32,756 nucleotides of DNA from a virus (Duplodnaviria; Heunggongvirae; Uroviricota; Caudoviricetes): the IMG/VR virus record IMGVR_UViG_2519899562_000018; one strand, written 5' to 3'. The notes under the pieces were generated by a model. The model had not been told where the DNA came from and made no database searches. It worked only from the letters and a program-made list of their open reading frames with translations. The translations under genes and the position numbers were made by a program. Positions 16,778 through 25,041 of this stretch are shown piece after piece. Within the stretch, counting starts at the first letter, position 1; each line of letters begins with the position of its first letter.

Positions 16778-18092
16778 TTTAGGTTATGCCGCCACGCTTC
16801 CCTCAAAAGAGGCGGTGGCATACTTCCGCGCCAAAGGGGCGCATATCAGCTGGAACTGGTTCGAAACAGACGCGGATGTTCATGCCCGTTCGTTCACGGC
16901 GGCAAAAGTGGCACGCCTGGACGTACTGACCACACTACAGGCGGAAGTGCAACGGGCCATTGATGAGGGGATTTCACAGAAAGCATTTATCCGCACACTG
17001 ACCCCCCGCCTGCAAAAGCTGGGATGGTGGGGAAAGCAGATTGTGGTGGACAGCGCCGGTAACGCAGAAGAAGTGCAGCTGGGCTGTCCCCGCCGTCTGG
17101 CGCTGATTTACAACGTGAACACCCGCGTGGCTTACAATGCCGGGCGTTACACGCAGATGATGAACAACACGGACACGCATCCGTTCTGGCAGTATGTGGC
17201 GGTGATGGACAGCCGCACCCGCCCGGCGCATTCCGCCCTTAACGGTCTGGTATTCCGCTATGACGATCCGTTCTGGAATACACACTACCCACCCAATGGC
17301 TGGAACTGCCGCTGCCGTGTCCGGCCATTGTCTCAGACCCGTCTGGATGCAATGGGGTTATCCGTTTCATCCGGTCAGGATCATCTTTCCACCCGCAATG
17401 TTGAGGCTGGCGTGGATAAGCAGACCGGAGAAGTCAGAGAAATGCCGGTGACCACATATTCAGATGGCACCAGAACCATGACACCGGATGTGGGCTGGTC
17501 ATATAACCCCGGTTCGGCGGCGTTCGGCACAGACCAGGCGCTGCTCCGCAAGTTGATCGAGGTGAAAAGCCCGGCGTTACGGGAAATGGTGGTTCAGGAG
17601 ATGAACAACAGCCCGGAGCGGCAGCTGGCGTTCCGCATCTGGGCAAAAAACATCATGAAAACCCGGCGAGGCGGTAACGATATCCGCACGCTGGGCTTTA
17701 TGACCGAAAGCATTGCGCAGGCGGTGGAAAGCCGGACGGGAACGCCACCGGCCCGCCTGCTGGCGATGAGCGGTAAAAATGTGCTCCATGCGGACAGCAT
17801 GAAACATCAGAATGACGGTATCGCCCTGACACCGGAGGATTTCGGGCGCTTACCGGCAATGCTGGCAAGGCCAAAAGCGGTACTGTGGGACAAACGGCAC
17901 AACAATCTGATGTATATCGTGGAAAATCAGGATGGCAGTGTGCAGATTGCCGTTAATGCACCGTACAGCCTGAAGCGTCAGCCGGATAAACTGGATGTGA
18001 TTGTTAATGCTTACCGGGTTATCAATATGGATAAGCTGAAATCGGATATCCGGGGCGGAATGCTTGAGGTACTGGAAGGAGATATTGATTAA
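16761..18092 (+). CDS. Head morphogenesis protein (Mu F / gp30-like)
   Basis: 443 aa; position after portal; size matches Mu F. Confidence 0.8.
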   Translation: MAQGIDLGYAATLPSKEAVAYFRAKGAHISWNWFETDADVHARSFTAAKVARLDVLTTLQAEVQRAIDEGISQKAFIRTLTPRLQKLGWWGKQIVVDSAGNAEEVQLGCPRRLALIYNVNTRVAYNAGRYTQMMNNTDTHPFWQYVAVMDSRTRPAHSALNGLVFRYDDPFWNTHYPPNGWNCRCRVRPLSQTRLDAMGLSVSSGQDHLSTRNVEAGVDKQTGEVREMPVTTYSDGTRTMTPDVGWSYNPGSAAFGTDQALLRKLIEVKSPALREMVVQEMNNSPERQLAFRIWAKNIMKTRRGGNDIRTLGFMTESIAQAVESRTGTPPARLLAMSGKNVLHADSMKHQNDGIALTPEDFGRLPAMLARPKAVLWDKRHNNLMYIVENQDGSVQIAVNAPYSLKRQPDKLDVIVNAYRVINMDKLKSDIRGGMLEVLEGDID

Positions 18093-18213
18093 CGGTCAGT
18101 GGCGGGGGTCGAACCCGCATACATGATCCACCCGGAGGCAGGCACCGACTTTACCAGTTAAGCGTACACTGACCGCCTGCTTATTTTATATTCATATTTT
18201 ATACGGAGGCAAT

Positions 18214-18687
18214 ATGTCATCCATTGATGCCGCCGTCGTTGTTGACGTTACGCGTCTCCAGCGGGTCTTTGCCCGGCTTCAGTTTGTGGGTGGCGGAAAA
18301 GACCTGGCCCGCAGTGTGGCGTCCAGCCTTCTGTCATCGTCAGAAATGGCGTTTGAACAGGAAAAAGAGCCGGACGGCGAACGCTGGCATGACTGGTCAG
18401 ATCCTTACCGCAAGTGGCGTACCCGTAAGGGATACATGCCCGGCAAAATCCTGACGCTGAACGGCGATCTGGCCCGACGCCTGACCACGGATTATGGCGA
18501 CACCTGGGCGCTGATTGGATCAAATGAGCCTTATGCGGCCATTCATCAGTGGGGTGGCCTGCCAGGTATGCCGCCGGGACCGGCGGCCATTGGTGCACGT
18601 CCGTATATGGGCTTTGATCAGGTGGCAGAGCAGGAGATCATGGACGAAATCAGAAAACGCTTTAAAAAGGCCACAGAAACGCCTTAA
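18214..18687 (+). CDS. Virion morphogenesis protein (Mu G / gp31-like)
   Basis: 157 aa; position and size as Mu G. Confidence 0.7.
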   Translation: MSSIDAAVVVDVTRLQRVFARLQFVGGGKDLARSVASSLLSSSEMAFEQEKEPDGERWHDWSDPYRKWRTRKGYMPGKILTLNGDLARRLTTDYGDTWALIGSNEPYAAIHQWGGLPGMPPGPAAIGARPYMGFDQVAEQEIMDEIRKRFKKATETP

Positions 18688-18863
18688 TTGTTTAAGGTAT
18701 GCAAATGCATTACCTTACCCCCTTCAGGCGCGTGTCGTGATTTTCTAACCTGTATTTAACGGGCTTTAAAATCTGCGTGAAGCGCCTTTGTATTTTTCCC
18801 CTGGAAGCACTTCCTGAAATCCCGCAAAACCCGCCCTGAAAATTCCCGGCCTATGCTGCCGGA

Positions 18864-19988
18864 ATGAAGACGAAAAACACGCCCAAACTTGCTTATGCCA
18901 TTCTGAATGCCATCAGCCTGTCCGCAGACGGGGACGGTGACTGGTGTCAGATCATGCCAGCCGGTCGGGTAAAGGCCCGTGACGGTCGCCCGGAAAAACC
19001 GGCCGAGGGCTGGCTGATCAACCATGCAGCCGTTGAGCGCATGGTCTCCCGTGTTGTGGCGCTCAATCAGCCGGTGAAAATTGACTACAACCACCAGACC
19101 CTGATTGAGGGACATCCGGCACCGGCTGCCGGTTTTGTGATGGCCTCACCGGAGAATTTTCGCTTCAGTGAAGAGCGAGGTTTCGAGGTGCGCCCAAAGT
19201 GGAACCCTCCGGCCCTTGAACATCTGCGTAATAACGAATTCCCCTGGTTTTCACCGGTGATTGGCTATGACGAGAGCACCGGCGAACCTGTCGAACTTCG
19301 GATGCTGGCTATTACCGGTGACCCCGGTCTGACCGGCATGAATCCTGTCGCCGCACTGTCGGCGGATGACCTTTATAACGCCTTAAACCCTCCTTTAAAG
19401 GATACCTCCATGAATGAGCAATTACGCCAGTTGCTGACGGCGCTCGGTCTGACCGTGGCTGACGGTGACGAATTTACGCCGGAGCTGGGCACGGCGGCGC
19501 TGTCTGCCCTCACCGGGATCAAAACCCGTGCGGATGCACACGACAACCTGAAAACACAGGTCGCCAGTCTGTCGGCAGAGCTGGAAACCGCAAAAGGCAC
19601 ACCGGCTGGCGGCAGTATTGATCTGACGAAATACGTGCCCGTTGAAACGTATAACGCCCTGCGTACCGAATACGTTGCGCTGTCGGCGCAGCACGGCAGC
19701 ACCACGCTGGAGCAGGTGCTGGACAAGGCTGAATCCGAAGGGCGCATCTTCAAAAGCGAACGCGGCTATCTGGAACAACTGGGCGGGCAGATTGGCGTTG
19801 CGGCACTTTCTGCACAGCTTGACGCCCGCCAGCCGGTTGCGGCCCTGACCGGCCTTCAGACCGACACCGTGACCGTGCCGGATAAAAAGACTGCCACCGC
19901 TGTGCTGTCGGCTGAAGATATCGCGGCCGCCAAACTGCTGGGTAAAACCGAAGCCGAGTTCCTGAAAATGAAAGAGGAAATGCAATAA
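18864..19988 (+). CDS. Head maturation protease/scaffold (Mu I / gp32-like)
   Basis: 374 aa; Ala-rich coiled-coil C-terminal half typical of scaffold; directly precedes major head gene. Confidence 0.75.
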   Translation: MKTKNTPKLAYAILNAISLSADGDGDWCQIMPAGRVKARDGRPEKPAEGWLINHAAVERMVSRVVALNQPVKIDYNHQTLIEGHPAPAAGFVMASPENFRFSEERGFEVRPKWNPPALEHLRNNEFPWFSPVIGYDESTGEPVELRMLAITGDPGLTGMNPVAALSADDLYNALNPPLKDTSMNEQLRQLLTALGLTVADGDEFTPELGTAALSALTGIKTRADAHDNLKTQVASLSAELETAKGTPAGGSIDLTKYVPVETYNALRTEYVALSAQHGSTTLEQVLDKAESEGRIFKSERGYLEQLGGQIGVAALSAQLDARQPVAALTGLQTDTVTVPDKKTATAVLSAEDIAAAKLLGKTEAEFLKMKEEMQ

Positions 19989-20935
19989 TGCCTACCCCGA
20001 TTACACCGGCGATGATCACCGCCCTGATGACGGGCTACCGTTCTGATTTTCAGGCCGGGATGTCCATGGCCCCGTCGCAGTACAAAAAAATTGCGATGAC
20101 CGTACCGTCCACGTCGAAATCCAACACCTACGGCTGGCTGGGGCAGTTCCCGCAGTTCCGTGAGTGGATCGGCTCCCGCGTCATCGAGAAGATGAAGGCC
20201 TATGGCTATGCCATCGTGAACAAAACCTTTGAAGGCACCGTCGCCATTAACCGCGATGACTTCGAAGACGATAACCTCGGTATTTATTCCCCGTTGTTCC
20301 AGGAGATGGGGCGCGCTGCTGCGGCACAACCGGATGAACTGGTCTTTGCTGCTCTTCGTGACGGGATTAATGCGGCCTGCTATGACGGCCAGAACTTCTT
20401 TGATACCGAACATCCTGTTTACCCCAAAGTGGATGGCTCCGGGGATGCGCAGATGGTCAGCAATATGTTTGTGGCAAAAACCGGCTCTGTCGGTGCACAA
20501 GCGGATTACAGCGGTCCTGCCTGGTATCTGCTCGACTGTTCACGCGCAATCAAACCGCTGATTTATCAGGATCGCCGTAAGGCTGAACTGGTTGCCCAGA
20601 CCAAAGTCGATGAAGGTCGCGCATTCACCGATAACGAATTTGTGTTTGGTGCATCCGCCCGTCGCAATGTGGGCTACGGCTTCTGGCAGATGGCCTACAT
20701 GATGCAGTCACCGCTGACGCTGGATGCACTGTGGCACGGCTGGTCAGCCATGCGCGAATTTACCGCTGACGGTGGCCGCAAACTCGGCATCAAACCCACC
20801 CATATTGTTGTCCCCACCTCGCTGGAAAAACAGGCGGTGCAGCTGCTGGAGCGTGAACTGTTCGCAGACGGAAACGCAACCGTCTCTAACGAGATGAAGG
20901 GCAAGCTGGAGCTGGTTGTCGCGGATTATCTGTAA
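19988..20935 (+). CDS. Major head (capsid) protein (Mu T / gp34-like)
   Basis: 315 aa; position after protease/scaffold; stem-loop immediately downstream. Confidence 0.85.
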   Translation: MPTPITPAMITALMTGYRSDFQAGMSMAPSQYKKIAMTVPSTSKSNTYGWLGQFPQFREWIGSRVIEKMKAYGYAIVNKTFEGTVAINRDDFEDDNLGIYSPLFQEMGRAAAAQPDELVFAALRDGINAACYDGQNFFDTEHPVYPKVDGSGDAQMVSNMFVAKTGSVGAQADYSGPAWYLLDCSRAIKPLIYQDRRKAELVAQTKVDEGRAFTDNEFVFGASARRNVGYGFWQMAYMMQSPLTLDALWHGWSAMREFTADGGRKLGIKPTHIVVPTSLEKQAVQLLERELFADGNATVSNEMKGKLELVVADYL

Positions 20936-20942
20936 ACGGTGA

Positions 20943-20961
20943 GCCGGGCTTACGGCCCGGC
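20943..20961 (+). other. GC-rich stem-loop downstream of major head gene (no U-tract)
   Basis: GCCGGGC-ttacg-GCCCGGC, 7-bp perfect stem. Confidence 0.35.
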
Positions 20962-20978
20962 CCCTGCGGAGGGCAAAT

Positions 20979-21332
20979 ATGAATGAACATCACACTGTGG
21001 CAGCAACAGATGATTCAGGTCTTCAGGTCAGTGGTGACAATTCTGTCACAGTGCTGGCAGAAGTGCGTTGCAGTCGTTCGGCGTTTCGTCGTGCGGGGTT
21101 CCTGTTCACGCGTGGACGTCAGCAGGTTGAGGTCTCCCCGGAGCAGCTTGCCCGACTGGAGGCGGAGCCATGCCTCACTGTGCGAATACTACAGACGCCT
21201 GCTGATGATGCGGGGAGCGTGGCGGGTGTGGTTCATGCAGTGGCCGGTACAGATTTAGCCGAAGCCGGACAGGATACTCCCCGGAAAAAGACCGGTAACA
21301 AAGCGAAACAGGCGAAAAAGGCCCGCGCATGA
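20979..21332 (+). CDS. Hypothetical head-region protein with basic C-terminus
   Basis: 117 aa; C-terminal KKTGNKAKQAKKARA. Confidence 0.5.
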   Translation: MNEHHTVAATDDSGLQVSGDNSVTVLAEVRCSRSAFRRAGFLFTRGRQQVEVSPEQLARLEAEPCLTVRILQTPADDAGSVAGVVHAVAGTDLAEAGQDTPRKKTGNKAKQAKKARA

Positions 21333-21748
21333 ATTACGCCACTGAAACCGATATGCGGGCGCGTTACCGCGAGGATTTGCTCAGGCCGTTACTGGCTGTG
21401 CCCCGTTCGGATGAGCCGGACACGCGCAAGCTGAACCGGGCGCTGACAGATGCGTCAGCCCTTATCGACAGCTATCTGTCCGCCCGTTACACGTTGCCGC
21501 TGGAGGTTATTCCGGCCGTTCTTGTTCAGCACTGTTGCGCGATTGCCTTTTATTACCTGTGCGATCAGCGAGCCTCCGATCAGGCGCGTGACCGTTACCG
21601 TGAAGCGCTGGCCTGGCTGAAAGATGTCATGAACGGCAATGTGCCGGTCGGTGTGGATACGAACGGTGCGGCCCCTGAATCCGGGGATTTACCACAGGTT
21701 CAGTCTGATGCAGCGGTATTCGGGCGCAACCAGAAGGGCTTCATATGA
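21329..21748 (+). CDS. Head-tail connector/completion protein (Mu gp36-like)
   Basis: 139 aa; ATGA overlap; position between capsid and sheath. Confidence 0.6.
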   Translation: MNYATETDMRARYREDLLRPLLAVPRSDEPDTRKLNRALTDASALIDSYLSARYTLPLEVIPAVLVQHCCAIAFYYLCDQRASDQARDRYREALAWLKDVMNGNVPVGVDTNGAAPESGDLPQVQSDAAVFGRNQKGFI

Positions 21749-22305
21749 TTACGGAAACCGAACAGGCATACATCGCCCGTATCCGTGAGTATTTCGGGAA
21801 TGAACTGGTGTCTGTTGACACGCATCCCGGCGACTGGAGCGACAGCGTACTGCGCACCATGCTGATTAACGCCCCGGCGATCTACGTTGCCTGGCTGGGT
21901 GCCGGTGAAGGCCGTACCCGTGGTCGCCTGGTCAGTCACTGGGTGTTCTACGTCATCGGCGACATGCTCAACGGGCGTGAGGCCAGCCGTCCCGGACTGT
22001 ATCAGATTGTGGCCCGGCTGATTGCCGTGCTTAACGGCTTCAGAACAGAAAAAACCTCACCGCTTTACTTTGAAAAGGCGGTCAACGGTTACACCGAAAC
22101 CCAGGCGGACAGTGGTGCGGTGATGTATGCGCTTTATTTCTCCTGCGAGGAAATGATCGCACCGCTGACCGATACCAGCTCGCTGGACGACTTCCTGCGT
22201 CATTACGAAACCTTTGTGGAGCCGCCCGGTACGCCGCCGTTTGAGGCACATATTGATTTGCCGGGGAACACGACAACGGCGGTCGAACCGCCGGAGGAAC
22301 TGTAA
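21745..22305 (+). CDS. Head-tail joining protein (Mu gp37-like)
   Basis: 186 aa; overlap-coupled. Confidence 0.6.
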   Translation: MITETEQAYIARIREYFGNELVSVDTHPGDWSDSVLRTMLINAPAIYVAWLGAGEGRTRGRLVSHWVFYVIGDMLNGREASRPGLYQIVARLIAVLNGFRTEKTSPLYFEKAVNGYTETQADSGAVMYALYFSCEEMIAPLTDTSSLDDFLRHYETFVEPPGTPPFEAHIDLPGNTTTAVEPPEEL

Positions 22306-22551
22306 ATGAAAACCATCTTTATCAAACCCGCGCCGGGACGCCTGATTCGTGATCCCGACACAATGCGCCCGCTGGCACAGGAGGGGGAGGAAAAGCCCTT
22401 TACGCCGTTCTGGTGTCGGCGTCTTGATGACGGCGATGTCATTCAGGCTGAAAAAGCCGCTGAAGAGGCTCCGGCTGTATCTGCGGATGCAACGACTGCG
22501 ACAGAAAAACCGGTCGCCCAACCGGCATCCGATAAGGAGAAACCGCAATGA
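22306..22551 (+). CDS. Small tail-region protein (Mu gp38-like)
   Basis: 81 aa; immediately upstream of sheath. Confidence 0.5.
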   Translation: MKTIFIKPAPGRLIRDPDTMRPLAQEGEEKPFTPFWCRRLDDGDVIQAEKAAEEAPAVSADATTATEKPVAQPASDKEKPQ

Positions 22552-24050
22552 TTAATTTTGACGGGATCGGTAATGACCGCCGTATACCGCTGATTGAGGT
22601 TGAGTTTAATAACTCCATGGCTGTCACCGGCACTCCGGCACAGCGTCAGTGTGTGCTGCTGTTTGGTCAGGCGAGAATGAAAGAGAATGCCGTGGACGGT
22701 GCCGGTGTTCTGGATGTTCCGGTCAGGATCACCCGTGCGTCTCAGGCAACAGAACTCTGGGGGCGCGGTTCCATGATTGCCCTGATGGTGGCGGAATTTA
22801 TCGCCATCAATCCTGATGCTGAACTGTATGCCATTGCTCAGGGGAACGGCACCGGACAGGCAACGGCTGCGGCCATGAATCTGACCGGAACGGTCACCCG
22901 TGACGGGATTGTTTATGCCTGCGTGGGGGGGCGGCGTTATACACTCCCGGCACCAAAAGGTAAGAAAGGCAAAGAACTGACCGACGAGCTGGCCGCGCTG
23001 ATCAATGCCGATCCTGACGCGCCCTTCACGGCCTCCTCTGGTGCAGGAAGTGGTGATAATGGCGCAGGTCTGAAAGGGTCTCTGGGGATCACCGCCCGCT
23101 TTACCGGTGAATGCTCCGTTCATGATGTGCGCCTGAACTATCACGACGGGGAAGCAACCCCGGAAGGAATACAGGTCGCTATAGCCTATCCGAAACAAAA
23201 AGCGGCTAACCCGGATATCACCCGAAGCGTGGCGGGGATGGGCGATCGCCAGTACAACTATGTCGTCATGCCCTATAAGGATGATGCAAACCTGAAAATC
23301 ATCAGTGATGAGCTTCTGAAACGCTGGGGACCGGCCAAAATGTCTGACGGCGTGCTGTGGCTGGCACATACCGGCACGTTTGGTGAGGTGCAGGCATTCG
23401 GGGCAAAACGCAATGATTTTCTGGCGACCTGCACATCCATTCCCAAAGCCCCTGAACCGGATTACCTCTGGGCAGCGGCGGTCTGTGCCACCTGTGCACC
23501 CTCTCTGGGAGCAGATCCTGCGCGTCCGCTTCAGACGCTGGCGCTTCCGTCACGCATGGCCCCGGCTCCGGCCGATCGTCTGACGCGTGAAGAGCGTAAC
23601 AGTCTGCTGTGGGGAGGGATTGCCACGGTCAGTGTGGCTGCCGGTGATGTGGTTCAGATCGAACGTCAGGTGACCATGTATCGCCAGAACGTGTACGGCG
23701 AAAGTGATCCCAGCTATCTGGATGTGGAAACCATCTACACCCTCTCCTGGCTGCGTTATTCCCTGCGTACTTTTATCACACAACGTTTTCCGCGCCATAA
23801 ACTGGCTGATGACGGGACGCCCGTTCGTGCCGGTCAGAATATCGTGACGCCGGAGATCATGAAGCTTCAGTTAATTTCGCTGGGTGAAGAGTGGGTGGAA
23901 CTCGGGCTGGTCGAAAATCTGGACACCTTTAAAAAGAATCTGCTTGTGGAGCGTAATGCGTCAGATCGAAACCGTCTTGACGTGTTATGCACGCCGGATC
24001 TGGTTAACCAGTTCCGCTTCCTGGCAGCACAGATCCGTTTCATTTTGTGA
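22548..24050 (+). CDS. Tail sheath protein (Mu L-like)
   Basis: 500 aa (Mu L about 495 aa); followed by tube gene. Confidence 0.85.
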   Translation: MINFDGIGNDRRIPLIEVEFNNSMAVTGTPAQRQCVLLFGQARMKENAVDGAGVLDVPVRITRASQATELWGRGSMIALMVAEFIAINPDAELYAIAQGNGTGQATAAAMNLTGTVTRDGIVYACVGGRRYTLPAPKGKKGKELTDELAALINADPDAPFTASSGAGSGDNGAGLKGSLGITARFTGECSVHDVRLNYHDGEATPEGIQVAIAYPKQKAANPDITRSVAGMGDRQYNYVVMPYKDDANLKIISDELLKRWGPAKMSDGVLWLAHTGTFGEVQAFGAKRNDFLATCTSIPKAPEPDYLWAAAVCATCAPSLGADPARPLQTLALPSRMAPAPADRLTREERNSLLWGGIATVSVAAGDVVQIERQVTMYRQNVYGESDPSYLDVETIYTLSWLRYSLRTFITQRFPRHKLADDGTPVRAGQNIVTPEIMKLQLISLGEEWVELGLVENLDTFKKNLLVERNASDRNRLDVLCTPDLVNQFRFLAAQIRFIL

Positions 24051-24058
24051 GGTAAGGC

Positions 24059-24424
24059 ATGAGCGGAAAACAGTATCAGGGCACGGCCACTATCCGTGTG
24101 AACGGTCAGGAATACGAGACGCTTGAGGGGGCTACATTTTCTCCGTCAGGTTTTGAACGTGAAGTGGTGAAAGGCGCGAAAGTCTATGGTTACCGCCAGA
24201 AACCACGTGAAGCGACGCTGGACTGCAAATTTCCGGCAGGCGGAGAAGGCTCACCAGCCGCTGATGAAATCAACAACTGGACTGCGGTCACTATCGAGTT
24301 TGTGGCGGATACCGGCGAAGTCCACATGATGACGAAGGCCTGGAGCAGTGAACCGGCCTCGCTTGACGGTGGCGGGGAGATCTCCGTGAAGTTCGCCAGC
24401 GCCACCAGTACCCGTGTTCAGTGA
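24059..24424 (+). CDS. Tail tube protein (Mu M-like)
   Basis: 121 aa; position after sheath. Confidence 0.75.
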   Translation: MSGKQYQGTATIRVNGQEYETLEGATFSPSGFEREVVKGAKVYGYRQKPREATLDCKFPAGGEGSPAADEINNWTAVTIEFVADTGEVHMMTKAWSSEPASLDGGGEISVKFASATSTRVQ

Positions 24425-24915
24425 TCAGGAAAAATAAAATGACCACACGTAAGAAAAAAACGGCAGTTTCCGAGGCAGCCGTGATGGAGGCAATCCGGGA
24501 AGCACTTGAGGGGGCTGATCCACGCACTGCCGGGCTGACAGAGCAACTGGCAAAGGGATATGTGGATCTGCTTGATGGTCTGCCGTTTGGTGAGACCCGT
24601 GAATATCGTGTCACGTTCCGGGAACTGACAGCGAAAGACAGTATTGACGCAGAAGCAGAAGCCGAGCGCGTGGTGGAGACAAACAATGGCCCGATGCTGA
24701 TAGCGTCTCCGTCGTTACGCGGTGTTGCACTGCTGCGCCGTCAGATTGCCGCAGTGGGAGACATTGAAGGTCCGTTGTCACCCCGTCAGATTGGACAGTT
24801 AAGCGAGCGCGATCTCTCCCGCCTGATGGCAGCGGTCAGCCTGCTGGATACCGCGCTTGCCGGAAAGCTGGCAGCTGACCGGGGGCGATCAGGCGCAGTG
24901 TCGGGATCAGATTGA
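24421..24915 (+). CDS. Tail assembly chaperone (Mu gp41-like)
   Basis: 164 aa between tube and tape measure. Confidence 0.6.
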   Translation: MIRKNKMTTRKKKTAVSEAAVMEAIREALEGADPRTAGLTEQLAKGYVDLLDGLPFGETREYRVTFRELTAKDSIDAEAEAERVVETNNGPMLIASPSLRGVALLRRQIAAVGDIEGPLSPRQIGQLSERDLSRLMAAVSLLDTALAGKLAADRGRSGAVSGSD

Positions 24916-25039
24916 AGAAGCGGCAATTATCCTGGGGATGGTGACAAAAAGCGGTCCGGAATGGGCGCTTAACCTCCCCCTGTCGCAACTTTACCGGCAC
25001 TGCCGACAGACAGAAAAAATCATCAGAACGAAGCAGTAA
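24857..25039 (+). CDS. Possible frameshift extension of the tail assembly chaperone (+1/-2 frame)
   Basis: Overlapping ORF in another frame ending 2 nt before the tape-measure start; GGGGG run (about 24880) in the overlap. Confidence 0.3.
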   Translation: MPESWQLTGGDQAQCRDQIEEAAIILGMVTKSGPEWALNLPLSQLYRHCRQTEKIIRTKQ

Positions 25040-25041
25040 GT

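Noticed and set aside
18093-18180. Canonical tRNA gene
   Set aside because: Acceptor and T-arm-like pairings exist, but I could not form standard D and anticodon arms by hand; kept only as a tRNA-like element in the findings.
19856-20500. 214-aa minus-strand ORF (and 19422-19985, 187 aa)
   Set aside because: Antisense to protease/scaffold and major head genes, which have strong positional support on the plus strand.
22443-23369. 308-aa ORF on the minus strand
   Set aside because: Lies entirely antisense within the tail sheath gene in a GC-rich region; unusual composition (Gly/Arg/His-rich), no start context; typical spurious antisense ORF.
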